In this document: piece by piece, positions 21,460 to 31,119 of the stretch
How positions within the stretch are numbered: the stretch's first letter is position 1
Layout: every line of letters begins with the position of its first letter
Source: Terriglobia bacterium
Lineage (GTDB): Bacteria; Acidobacteriota; Terriglobia; 20CM-2-55-15
DNA: 64,000 nucleotides
Direction of reading: 5' to 3'
Assembly (NCBI GenBank): GCA_963664115.2
Contig: CAXWPJ010000012.1
Span: 480,001-544,000 of the forward strand
Program-made: the position numbers and the translations under genes
Notes under the pieces: model-generated
Told to the model about the DNA's origin: nothing
What the model saw: only the letters and a program-made list of their open reading frames with translations
Databases searched by the model: none

Positions 21460-22350
21460 CTAGGCCAGGGCCGTATCGAAAAGAACGAGCAAGCGGCTCC
21501 ACGCCCGTTCTGCCTGGGTCTCGTTGTACACGGCCGAATCAGGCGGACACCAGCCATGCAACGCGCCTTCATAAACCTCGATTTCTGCCGGGAGTTCGGC
21601 GCGATCGTAGGTTTCCCGAAGCACATTCTTTGCTTCCGGATCGCTTTCGTCATCATTCTCAGCGATCGCGAAGAGAAATTGCGCGTTCATATCAGGAACC
21701 AGCAGGTGCGGGCTGTCAGGCGCATCAGTCACCAACCCGCCACCGTGAAACGATGCACCGGCCCCAACACGCTCTGGTGCTGCGGCTGCGGTGCGCATTG
21801 TGATCGGACCGCCCATGCAGTAACCCATGGTGCCGATCTTCCGGTTCGTGTCGACGACCGCCTGCTGGTCCAGGAACGTCACAAAAGCCCTGGCGTCGGA
21901 CATGTGGGTTCCGGCATTTAGCGTACCCGCGAGTGGTAAAACGACATTGCGCGTCTCTTCGTCCTGGAATCTTGCGCCTTCGGGAACAATCGGAGCGCCT
22001 CTGTCCCGGTAATAAGGATTGACAACCAGCACCGAATAGCCCGATTCGGCGAGCCGCCGGCCCATCATCCTGAAGGCAGGGCGCAGACCGAGTATGTCCG
22101 GCCAGATAATCACACCAGGAAAGTCGCCACCCGCCGGATGCACGAAATAGCAGTCTGCGGTTCCATCAGGTGTCGGAACATCGACGTCCGATTCCGTCAC
22201 CGCTTGCGCATTGGCAGCCCGTGGCAAGAGCATTGTCAACGCGACGCCGGCCGATAGTGTGCCGAATTCGCGCCGTGTCAGATTACTGGAGCGGCGCAGG
22301 TGTCTATTCGCATCCTTGACTGTCTTCTCGTCGCACATGATTTTCTCCAT
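21460..22350 (-). CDS. Dienelactone hydrolase family protein with Tat signal
   Basis: TRREF; GYCMGG nucleophile; HGWC. Confidence 0.9.
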   Translation of the reverse strand: MEKIMCDEKTVKDANRHLRRSSNLTRREFGTLSAGVALTMLLPRAANAQAVTESDVDVPTPDGTADCYFVHPAGGDFPGVIIWPDILGLRPAFRMMGRRLAESGYSVLVVNPYYRDRGAPIVPEGARFQDEETRNVVLPLAGTLNAGTHMSDARAFVTFLDQQAVVDTNRKIGTMGYCMGGPITMRTAAAAPERVGAGASFHGGGLVTDAPDSPHLLVPDMNAQFLFAIAENDDESDPEAKNVLRETYDRAELPAEIEVYEGALHGWCPPDSAVYNETQAERAWSRLLVLFDTALA

Positions 22351-22368
22351 TGAGCTTAGAAACTTGTT

Positions 22369-22590
22369 TAGGACACCGGCACCCGTTCTTTCAGTTCTTC
22401 AAATCAGAGCGCCCGGATCTGTTGCTGGCCGCGTTGTGCGCCGGATTCCATGACTTAGTGTGTCGCCAATAGGGACAGCGAAATTTTGGTAAGTCTATCT
22501 ACATGGGAGGGTTATTGGCAAGAAAAGCGTCGATGCCCGACTTCCGGCCATATTTCAACGTCCGACAAGATGATTTATCGGGCGTTGAGA
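22369..22590 (-). repeat. Minimal module: kinase 3' stub + 5' stub (ATG 22451) + leader + palindromic site (core 22558-22585)
   Basis: caccggcacccgttctttcagttcttcaaa...gccggattccat...acgtccgacaagatgatttatcgggcgttgaga. Confidence 0.85.
22492..22521 (-). promoter_or_regulatory. Putative sigma70 promoter of the module leader
   Basis: TTGCCA-N18-TAGACT on the minus strand; conserved at 24236-24265 and, as TTGCTT-N18-TAGATT, at 36437-36466. Confidence 0.6.
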
Positions 22591-22624
22591 ATCGTTTTCA
22601 GTCGGGGACCAGCAACAGCCTGCG

Positions 22625-22822
22625 CTACGGCACGGTCGCAGCCGTGAGAAAATCGTGCTGACGTTGAGTCGCGTTGGTCACATAGCGATCCACCAGCACT
22701 TGCGTGGCCTGTCCAGGGACAAAGCCGTCTCCGACTGGCACCGGGACGCTCATCAGTTGGTCGTCGGGTGATCGGCAGAATAATTCGCGAGCATCTCTCG
22801 ACCAGGCGAGGCTAATAGTCAT
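22625..22822 (-). pseudogene. Kinase-TolB/PD40 C-terminal fragment
   Basis: WSRDARELFCRS..QLMSVPV...F.PG. Confidence 0.7.
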
Positions 22823-22853
22823 TTAAAGGGCTATGTTGCCACCTAACCCATTA

Positions 22854-23927
22854 CTAGGGATGTATCGGCATGGTCCGCCTTCCGTCCACGATAGGCGGAA
22901 AATCCTTCGCCTCGTCATACACCTCGGTGATGAAGCGATCCTTGCTCTGCTGCGTGTCGCCCTGGGTCGTCGTGTCATACGGCGCGGTCAGGTCGGCGGC
23001 CAGAACTTCCTTCAGCGACTTACCCTGGTTGCGCAGCGCCGTTACCTTTGCCAGGATGTCAACCAGCATGGCCCGATACGGCAGGAGAGCCTCCCTATGG
23101 ATGAGCTTGCCATGGCCGGGGATAAGCCACGTGTCGGGGCCGGCAATCTCCTGGAAGAGATCAACCGCCTCGATCATGCCCCTGATCGAGCCGCCACTGG
23201 TCTGAGCGGCGAAGGGATAGCCGAAGTTGCGGTAGAAATCCTCGATGTAGATCACATTGGCCTTGCGGAAGCGCACGACGGTGTCGCCAGCGGTGTGGGA
23301 CGGCATCATCGGAATGAAATCCACCGTTTCGCCGTTCATGTTCAAGGTAACGGCGGGCTCGCCAGCCGCGGCGGGGTCATAGCGATAGGTCACCATCGGA
23401 ATGGCGGCCATATCGAGCGCCGGGGCCGGCTGGCCGTTGCGGCGCCGCGGATTGATCATGTCAAGGCGGAGATTTTCCTGCGCGAAGATCAACGCCCCCT
23501 GCTTGGAGAAGAAGGCATTGGCGCCGGTATGGTCGCCATGAATATGCGTGTTGACCAAGACCTTGATGGGCGCGTCAGTAAATGACCGTATCGCCGCCAG
23601 TGTCTTTTCGGCCACTTGTCTGTTCTCGGTATCCACCATCAGAACGCCATCCGGTCCGAAAAGCACCATGGCCCTGCCGCCAGACGCGTCGGGGTGTGCC
23701 GGATCAAGGCCTTTCGAACCGTGCAGAACAAATAGATTCGGCGACATTTTTTCTGTCACCATAATCTGAATCTTGTCCCAGGGCCTCTGGTAGCCCTCCG
23801 GAAACGTGTACGGGCCCTCGCCCGTCGGGATCACGATGATGGGATATTCCACTCCCTGTGCCCAAACCATCGAGGGAACAGCGACCATCGCGGCCACACC
23901 CAATAACAACACTGCGCATTTCTTCAT
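22854..23927 (-). CDS. Secreted MBL-fold metallohydrolase (cyclase-like)
   Basis: NTHIHGDHTGAN, HTAGD, IPGHG motifs. Confidence 0.9.
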   Translation of the reverse strand: MKKCAVLLLGVAAMVAVPSMVWAQGVEYPIIVIPTGEGPYTFPEGYQRPWDKIQIMVTEKMSPNLFVLHGSKGLDPAHPDASGGRAMVLFGPDGVLMVDTENRQVAEKTLAAIRSFTDAPIKVLVNTHIHGDHTGANAFFSKQGALIFAQENLRLDMINPRRRNGQPAPALDMAAIPMVTYRYDPAAAGEPAVTLNMNGETVDFIPMMPSHTAGDTVVRFRKANVIYIEDFYRNFGYPFAAQTSGGSIRGMIEAVDLFQEIAGPDTWLIPGHGKLIHREALLPYRAMLVDILAKVTALRNQGKSLKEVLAADLTAPYDTTTQGDTQQSKDRFITEVYDEAKDFPPIVDGRRTMPIHP

Positions 23928-24113
23928 TGCCCCGCTCCTTGTCTCGTGTTTCGACTTACCTGGCGATGCCCCACAACTGTTGCAATTCGCAGCGGCGGCG
24001 CCTCACTGCCTCGTGATCCACGCGCGGTCATCAAACCTGAGGTGAAAAGCCTCACAGAGAAGAAGCCGCCATGCAGTCGCAGTCTGGCACACCCGTGGTC
24101 TCGATTTTGTGCG

Positions 24114-24333
24114 TTATCGACCGACTTCACCCATCCCACCCTTACCAAGGAGTGTCCCGATCTCGTTATTGCCTAGTTTGATGCCGGATTCCATGTTTAC
24201 TGTGTGTCGCCACGTGGAGCAGCCAAATTCTGGTAAGTCTATCTACATGGGAGTGTTATTGGCAAGGAAAGGGTCAACGCCTGAATTTTGGCCAATTCTC
24301 AACGTCCGAAAAGATGATTTAACAGGACTTGAA
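24114..24333 (-). repeat. Kinase 5' stub (MESGIKLGNNEIGTLLGKGGMGEVGR*), leader and palindromic site (core 24302-24329)
   Basis: Translated by hand from the ATG at 24194; acgtccgaaaagatgatttaacaggact. Confidence 0.9.
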
Positions 24334-24342
24334 CTCGAAAAA

Positions 24343-24720
24343 CTACGGCACCGGCACCCGTTCCTTCAGTTATTCAAACCTGTTCAGACGACGTTCAGTT
24401 GCGTAAATTTCGCGCCGGTGTCCTGGACCGTAAGGAAGCGTTGGCCGTCTGGCGAAACATCGTAGTTGGCTCCCTGCGCGCCGGAGACCAGGCGCAAGCC
24501 TTGCTCCAGGACCACGCGGGGAGTTCCAGGCTGGAAGGTCGGTTGCGTCGTGATGTCCACAGCCATGAGCTCCCCGTTAATTCTGCTGGCATAAAAAAGT
24601 TCGCGGCCGTCCCGCCCCCAGAACGGCGCCAAGCCCCCTTCGGTAGAAATCTGAAACTGCCCGCCGGGGCCGGGGAATGCACGCACGTAAATCTCGCTCC
24701 TCCCGGCCCAGACGGTCATG
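24343..24720 (-). pseudogene. Kinase-TolB/PD40 C-terminal fragment
   Basis: EIYVRAFPGPGGQFQISTEGG..P.W.RDGRELFY...YDVSPDGQRFL; ends in ...LKERVPVP* after a frameshift. Confidence 0.85.
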
Positions 24721-24979
24721 GGACTATTCTGGCGTCGTTTTTTAGTCCTTTTCTTCACTCCGATGCCATGCCCGCACCCCATCCCTATCTCTCCTACCTC
24801 GCAGAGGTCGCTTATTTCGCCTATACTCCCTCTTCGTTGAATCAACCAAACATTGGTGAAGAAAGGCACTCCCCGCCAAGTCATTCTGACGACGTACAGT
24901 CACGGCCGGCAACGTGTTATTAAAGATGAGAATAAATGTGGGTACGAGTATGAGAGGTTCGTCATATTCGGATGTGCAT

Positions 24980-27202
24980 ATGAGGAGGCTCCCGCAAATA
25001 CTCGCTGCGTTTTTCGCATTTTTCTTCACCGCCTGGCCTGCCTATTCCCAGGAGTCGGCGGAGCCTCCAATCGACTACGCAACGGCCTACCTGGACCGGC
25101 AGGTCACCGCTGTCCGGATTGCGGAAGAAATCACGCTCGACGGTCTCCTCAATGAAGCTTCATGGAGTCTTGCCCAGCCAGCCACAGACTTCATCCGGTG
25201 GCGGCCCAATCCCGGCGAGCCAGCCATCGAAACCACGGAAGTCTATTTCCTGTACGACGACGACAATCTCTACATCGGCTTCATCTGTCACGATTCCGAA
25301 CCTGACAACATCCGGATCAACGACCTGAGAGAAGATTACAGCTTCTTCGGAAACGATGGCGTCGCGATACTGATCGACAGCTTGAACGACGATCGTTCGG
25401 GTTTTATATTCGGGACCAATCCAGTGGGCGCCAAACGCGACGCCCAGGTAACCAACGACAGCGCCTACAACTGGGATTGGGACGGGGTATGGAACGTCCG
25501 GTCGAGCCGGAACGACGCGGGATGGATCGCGGAGATCGCGATTCCTTTCAAGACCCTCCGGTTTTCAGGCGCGTCGATCCAGGAATGGGGGCTCAACATT
25601 AACCGGCATATTCTGCGCGCCAGCGAAGAGGCTCAGTGGTCCCCGCTTCCCCTCCGATATTCGTTCAGCAGAGTGTCGCTGGCGGGGTCACTGCGCGGGC
25701 TCGAGAATATCCGTCAGGGCCGGAACCTCAAGGTCAAGCCTTATGTGATCACGAGCTTTGCACAATCCCGAAGCCGCAACTTTGAGTGGCAGGATCACTA
25801 TGACGGTGGTGTGGACCTTAAATATGGCCTGACGCCTTCCCTGACGTTAGACGCGACGTACAATACCGATTTCGCGCAGGTTGAAGCCGACCAGCAGCAA
25901 GTCAACCTCACACGATTCAATCTCTTTTTTCCGGAGAAAAGAGATTTCTTTCTTGAGAATGCCGGGACATTCTCCTTTGGCAGTGCCGGATTCGGGCCTG
26001 GCGGCTCGCTTGTGCCGTTCTTCAGCCGGCGGATTGGTTTGAGTAGGCGTCTGACACCGGTTCCTATCCTCGGTGGTGTCCGCGTTTCAGGCCAGACCGG
26101 CCGTTACGATATCGGCTTTCTCACGATGAAGGCCGATAAACTGGACCCGTTGGAGGATCCAAACATCGAGGCTCTCGCCGCGACGCCATCGAACAACTTC
26201 TTCGTGGGGCGCATCAAGCGGAACCTGCTGACGAATTCATGGATTGGCGGCCTCGTGACTCACCGCGACTCTACCGATGACGGCGACTATAACCGTGTGT
26301 ACGGCGCGGATGCCCGATTTCAGTTCTTCGGCCGTCTGAACTTCGATGCCTACATGCTCAAATCCACAACGCCGGGGATGTCCGGAGAGGACCAGGCCCG
26401 CCGGTTCGGAACGTCATGGGTTGACGACGAAGTTGCCGTGTCGGCAGGTTATCTCACGATTCAGCCCAACTTCAATCCCGAGCTCGGCTTCGTGCGGCGG
26501 GACAATATGACTCAGCACGACGGATCATTCGCCTGGAGGCCGCTGATCAGATCCGGCGCTGCGATTCGAAACCTTCAATTTCAGACCGATGTGACTTACA
26601 TTCAAGGCGCCGGTTCCGGAGAAATCGAGACGCGAGACCACGCAATCATAACCGGACTCGAGTTTTGGAACGGGGGTCATATCCGTTATACGTCGACGGA
26701 GCGGTTCGAGCGGTTGAACAGTCCGTTTTCGATTCGGTCGGGGACCACGATCCCGGGTGGGGATTACAGTTTCCGTGAACACTCCGTCAGCGCCGCGAGT
26801 GATCCGAGCCGAACGATCAGTGGTAACGGCAGTGTCAATTGGGGCGATTTTTGGGATGGGGACCGTACGGCGTTTTCGGGTGCCCTCAGCCTGAAACCCA
26901 ACTATCGATGGGGACTCGACTTCAACTACATTCGGAACCGCGTCACCCTTCCAGATGGGAGCTTCACGACCGACCTTATGGGAGCGCGGCTCATCTACGG
27001 CTTCAACCCGTTTGCATTCTTCAACGCCTTTATCCAGTACGACGCTGAAGCGAACCGCGTCAGCTCGAACATCCGGTTCAATTGGACGCACAGCCCGCTG
27101 AGCGACCTCTATATCGTATACAACGACACGCGCGACACCGCCCGGGGCGAACTTGTCGATCGGGCTTTCATAGTCAAGTTCACGAACTTGTTCAATTTCT
27201 AA
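24980..27202 (+). CDS. CBM9-like/DUF5916 outer-membrane protein
   Basis: W.AEIAIPFKTLRF and NTDFAQVEAD...NLTRFNLFFPEKRDFFLEN; terminal Phe. Confidence 0.85.
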   Translation: MRRLPQILAAFFAFFFTAWPAYSQESAEPPIDYATAYLDRQVTAVRIAEEITLDGLLNEASWSLAQPATDFIRWRPNPGEPAIETTEVYFLYDDDNLYIGFICHDSEPDNIRINDLREDYSFFGNDGVAILIDSLNDDRSGFIFGTNPVGAKRDAQVTNDSAYNWDWDGVWNVRSSRNDAGWIAEIAIPFKTLRFSGASIQEWGLNINRHILRASEEAQWSPLPLRYSFSRVSLAGSLRGLENIRQGRNLKVKPYVITSFAQSRSRNFEWQDHYDGGVDLKYGLTPSLTLDATYNTDFAQVEADQQQVNLTRFNLFFPEKRDFFLENAGTFSFGSAGFGPGGSLVPFFSRRIGLSRRLTPVPILGGVRVSGQTGRYDIGFLTMKADKLDPLEDPNIEALAATPSNNFFVGRIKRNLLTNSWIGGLVTHRDSTDDGDYNRVYGADARFQFFGRLNFDAYMLKSTTPGMSGEDQARRFGTSWVDDEVAVSAGYLTIQPNFNPELGFVRRDNMTQHDGSFAWRPLIRSGAAIRNLQFQTDVTYIQGAGSGEIETRDHAIITGLEFWNGGHIRYTSTERFERLNSPFSIRSGTTIPGGDYSFREHSVSAASDPSRTISGNGSVNWGDFWDGDRTAFSGALSLKPNYRWGLDFNYIRNRVTLPDGSFTTDLMGARLIYGFNPFAFFNAFIQYDAEANRVSSNIRFNWTHSPLSDLYIVYNDTRDTARGELVDRAFIVKFTNLFNF

Positions 27203-27768
27203 AACGCCCATCTGCTCCGGACAAGCGAACGCGGATACGCTGCTTCTGATCTTTCTGAACCACCCTGAATCGTAGTTGTGACTGCCGGCGGGGCAGAAGC
27301 GATTGCTCCCCAATCAGGTTCCTTCATCAAGATCGCCGCTAACGTCTCCGACACGTCCTGAGCCTGGAATGCCAATTTTCCAGTCAGCATTTCGTAGAGG
27401 ACCGCACCGAGAGCCCAGATGTCCGTCCTCTTATCTACGGAAAGGTCTTTAGCCTGCTCGGGCGACATATACGCTGCCGTCGCAAGAATCATTCCCTGCT
27501 GTGTGGCTGCCATGCTCAAGGTTGGAGAATTGGACACGCTCGGGTCAGCAGCGCCGGCTTCAAACGCTTTCGCCAAAATCAAATCCAGAACTTTCACCTT
27601 CCCGTCATGTGTGACCTTGATATTCGCTGGCTTGAGATCTCTGTGAATGACGCCCTTTTCATGCGCTGCTTCCCAGGCTTCTGTAATCTGTGGGGCGAGC
27701 GTCAGGGATTCTTCGACAGGGATCGCACCACGCTTCAACCGATCAGCAAGCGTGTCGCCGCATTCCAT
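27199..27768 (-). pseudogene. Ser/Thr kinase catalytic-domain fragment
   Basis: HRDLKPANIK, degenerate DFG (DLI), YMSPEQ, DIWA.G.VLYEMLTG. Confidence 0.9.
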
Positions 27769-27845
27769 TGAAACAATGGGAGATACAGCCAGTTGGAGGC
27801 CATTCGCGGAACGGCAGGCGAGAGGAGAGTTTCCGTTCGCTGAAA

Positions 27846-27945
27846 TTCTAAATGTCCGCGAAATTGATTTATCAGGACTTGACCTCGAAAATCAGGGAAC
27901 CGGCATCCGTTCCTTCAGTTCTTCAGTCCAGTTCAGGGCGACTGC
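27846..27945 (-). repeat. Palindromic site (core 27852-27879) plus kinase 3' stub
   Basis: atgtccgcgaaattgatttatcaggacttgacctcgaaaatcagggaaccggcatccgttcc. Confidence 0.9.
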
Positions 27946-27973
27946 CTGAAACAACCCATTCTCGTGAAAATTA

Positions 27974-28200
27974 ATGTCACCCGTCGCCGAACTTATAGAG
28001 GAGATCGTATCGGATGACGTGCTGGACCGGGCGTATGCGTGGATGTGCGAAGGCCGGACCGGGCGTAATGTGCGAAGGCCGGAAAGACTATTCCGCCAAC
28101 AGCGATGTGTGGGATGTCTGGTGGAAATGGCACGACATCAAGCCAGCACACATGGACATATACAGAAAAGCTTGTCTCCGGGCTTTCTCCGTGTCACGAT
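27974..28200 (+). pseudogene. Possible N-terminal remnant of a reverse transcriptase-like gene
   Basis: EEIVSDDVLDRAYAWMCEGR-KDYSANSDVW..W.W..IK, disrupted by an internal duplication; family recognised from memory only. Confidence 0.45.
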
Positions 28201-28240
28201 TCGGTTTCACCCGACTTGGGAGCCTTAGGGGGACACGTTC

Positions 28241-28897
28241 ATGCGTCTGATTCCATTCATAATGGGGGCGGCTCTGCTGGTCGCAGAGTCCGCCACCGCC
28301 CAGGGCTGGATTCGGTTCTCCAGCCAGGAGGACTTCTTCAGTGTCAACATCCCGAACGAACCGACGGTGGCGCCTACCACCTACACTTCCGCGCAGGGAG
28401 CACCGCTGCCCGGCCGCGTTTACTCCGCCGAGCAAGGCCAGAGACGCTTCTCGGTGACGGTCGTGGATTACTCGCCCATTGAGGCAGTCATGCTGGAGCT
28501 GAGGAAGGAGTGCGATCCTGAAGCCCACAGCGCATGCGTGGGAGATACCGGCGATGGTGCGACCGGGCCCGGTTACGCGAAGCTGGACAAGGCCGGGGCC
28601 GTCGATTTCGCGACGTGGAACATCATCAAACGGGGCTCTGAGATCACCTACTTCGCGTGGAGTTTTCTCGACTTTATCGGCGGACGCTGGATGCACCTTA
28701 CCAACCCGGACGGGTCCCGCACATACTACGCAATTACCATGCACCAGGACCGGCTCTATATTTTTGAGGCGACGGTGCCCAAGGGAGAACCCGAGCCGGG
28801 AATATTTCACCAATCCGTGCGGTTCATCGACGATCAGGGAGAACCCGTGAGGTACGACTACCTCTATCACAACGGTTACGGGAGGCCGACCAACTAA
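28241..28897 (+). CDS. Secreted hypothetical protein
   Basis: Signal peptide; W..FSSQEDFFSVN.PNEP; F.QSVRF. Confidence 0.75.
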   Translation: MRLIPFIMGAALLVAESATAQGWIRFSSQEDFFSVNIPNEPTVAPTTYTSAQGAPLPGRVYSAEQGQRRFSVTVVDYSPIEAVMLELRKECDPEAHSACVGDTGDGATGPGYAKLDKAGAVDFATWNIIKRGSEITYFAWSFLDFIGGRWMHLTNPDGSRTYYAITMHQDRLYIFEATVPKGEPEPGIFHQSVRFIDDQGEPVRYDYLYHNGYGRPTN

Positions 28898-28913
28898 TCC
28901 TGACATCCGGAGA

Positions 28914-29306
28914 GTGAACATGTTCAGGTATATGGCTCTTGCAGTTGTCTGTGGCGCGTCGTTCGGAATGTCGGCGTGGGGGCACCATTCTCACAACAAC
29001 TACGTGATTGATTTTATGACGGTGGAGGGCACGGTCACCGAAGTCCACCCTCTCAACCCGCACTCCTGGGTCTATATCGAAATCAACGGCGAGAACGATG
29101 AACCGATGCTGTGGGCGCTGGAAGCAACCAGCCTCAGCGGGCTCGAAAGGAACGGCATCACGCCCGAAACCATCCAGGTAGGCGACAGGATCCGGGCACG
29201 GTGCCACCAACTCAAAGACGGAGCCAACGGCTGCTTGCTGGGGTTCCTGACGCCGATGCATGGCGACCTCGCGCGAGGCCACGGCATCGAAATAGAGTGG
29301 GATTGA
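28914..29306 (+). CDS. DUF6152-like secreted protein
   Basis: HHSH...EGTVTEV...NPHSW. Confidence 0.85.
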   Translation: MNMFRYMALAVVCGASFGMSAWGHHSHNNYVIDFMTVEGTVTEVHPLNPHSWVYIEINGENDEPMLWALEATSLSGLERNGITPETIQVGDRIRARCHQLKDGANGCLLGFLTPMHGDLARGHGIEIEWD

Positions 29307-29321
29307 CGACGATCGCATGCA

Positions 29322-29423
29322 CCGCGCGACGGCCTGCGGCCGCGCGCGGATTGATATAACACCCATACGACGACACTGTTGGCGCTGCCATAGTCGTCAG
29401 ACCCTGCTTATATCGCTTATCCG
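29322..29423 (+). repeat. Repeat B (~100 bp) starting with a GC-rich hairpin
   Basis: ccgcgcg-a-cggcc-tgc-ggccg-cgcgcgg attgatataacacccatacgacgacact...gcttatccg. Confidence 0.9.
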
Positions 29424-29630
29424 CTTTGGGTGATTCAGCGAAGCAAGTAGTTTGGCTTCACGCTCAAACCGGGCGAGACGGTCGGCGTCTCTGGCGAACT
29501 CTTCAGGAAGTGTCTTAATCGCAACTTCACGTCTCAACTTGATGTCACGCGCACGCCATACCTCTCCCATTCCGCCCTTACCTAAGAGCGTTGAGATCTC
29601 GTAATGGCCGAGTTTTGTGCCGGATTCCAT
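29424..29630 (-). pseudogene. Ser/Thr kinase 5' fragment
   Basis: MESGTKLGHYEISTLLGKGGMGEVWRARD..L.REVAIK...FEREAKLLASLNHP. Confidence 0.9.
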
Positions 29631-29717
29631 CGTTATAGCGTGTCGTTAATTGAACCGAGAAAAACTCTGCAAAGAATACTAAGGCGGGGAGTTAGGCGCT
29701 ATCAAATTCTCAGGTCA

Positions 29718-29763
29718 AATTCTCAGGTCCTGAGAAACGACATTCTCGGAAAGTGAGAATTGG
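29718..29763 (-). repeat. Inverted variant of the palindromic site
   Basis: Reverse complement ccaattctca-ctttccgagaa-tgtcgt-ttctcaggacc-tgagaatt. Confidence 0.75.
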
Positions 29764-29865
29764 AGTGCATCGAGTGACACAGTAATCCATTGGAATAATG
29801 GTAGATATAGCCCATTGAAGGCAAATCCAAGAACGGCAGGCGAGAGGAGGGATTTCGTTCGCTGA

Positions 29866-29985
29866 AATTCTCAATGTCCGCGAAGATGATTTCTCAGGAC
29901 TTGAACTCAGAAATCAGGGCACCGGCACCCGTTCCTTCAGTTCTTCATACCAGTTCAGGACGATGTTGATTTGGCTCGACACAGG
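29866..29985 (-). repeat. Palindromic site (core 29874-29901) plus kinase 3' stub
   Basis: atgtccgcgaagatgatttctcaggacttgaactcagaaatcagggcaccggcacccgttcc. Confidence 0.9.
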
Positions 29986-30169
29986 ATCGAGAAGCTTAGG
30001 ACTGGAGTGGTATTACTTGAAATTCGTCTCTTAGAACAACAGTGTTTCTGTGCGAATTACTTTTACGACGCACACCTCTCCGACATCGGATGGACGGCCT
30101 TCTCTACCTTTCGGACAAGCCTGACGCCTCGCCCGTGGAATTCGAGACCTTGCCCGCGATGCAAGACTA

Positions 30170-30583
30170 CTATTCTAAATTCGGGGGTGAGTCGTTGCTA
30201 AAGTCGAGGACCCTTCCCGTCGACAGGATCGTGACGTCGCCGGCTAGGAGGGCCTTGGCGCCTTTCCGACGCGAGGGAGCTCCGTCCACGCTGACCCGCA
30301 TGCCCGGTGTCAGTGTGTCGTCGGTCCAACCCGCCCGAATCATGGCGCTCGCGTTTTTTGCGCCGGTTACATACCAATCGGATTTCTCACCATTGGGGCC
30401 GGTGACCTCCACAACAATTTGGACGTGTGGATTGATAATATGCACCTCTTTCAGAACGCCTTCAATGGATGCCGATTGATCCGTGAGCCAAAAGGACCTC
30501 TGCGAATGGTGCGCCTCGAGTGGGAGCGGCACCATTAGCAGCAAACCCGCCAACACAAATGACACATAGAGTCGCATGCTCAT
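30170..30583 (-). CDS. DUF6152-like secreted protein
   Basis: AHHS...IEGV.KEV...NPHV. Confidence 0.8.
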   Translation of the reverse strand: MSMRLYVSFVLAGLLLMVPLPLEAHHSQRSFWLTDQSASIEGVLKEVHIINPHVQIVVEVTGPNGEKSDWYVTGAKNASAMIRAGWTDDTLTPGMRVSVDGAPSRRKGAKALLAGDVTILSTGRVLDFSNDSPPNLE

Positions 30584-30684
30584 GTTCCTCCGATCAATTC
30601 TTGCTAGGTTACCTGCAACATATTACTCGCGATACGTTCAACTTAACGGAGTTTTCGGAATGGTGCCCACGGATCAGTGCGCGG

Positions 30685-30866
30685 TTCTCAATGTCCGACA
30701 CGATGATTTATCAGGACTTGACCTCGGAAATCAGGGAACCGGGACCCGTTCGTTGAGTTCCTCAAACCAGTTCAGGACGATGTTAATTAGGTCTGGCTCT
30801 GCCTCGCTGGCTGTGATCGCGGCGTCCCGGGCCTCACGAATCGTTCGCCGTTCGCTGTCACATCAT
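30685..30866 (-). repeat. Palindromic site (core 30691-30718) plus kinase 3' stub
   Basis: atgtccgacacgatgatttatcaggacttgacctcggaaatcagggaaccgggacccgttcg. Confidence 0.9.
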
Positions 30867-31119
30867 GGAGGGCACCCCACACCGAGCGATCGTGCCTTCG
30901 GCTAATCATGACACCACACGTTACGCATTCGACAAACCGGTTCCGTCACAGCAAGCCGAAATTCAGTAGGTTTTAAAATTCAGGGATCGATGAATGTGGA
31001 GATCATAATTACTGACAAACCGATCGGTGAGGATGGATACTTCATGGAACGGCCCTCCCGAAGGGCATGGACCGACAACTTTATCGGGCGGACTGGTGTG
31101 CAAGCCGAAGGAGTTCCAT

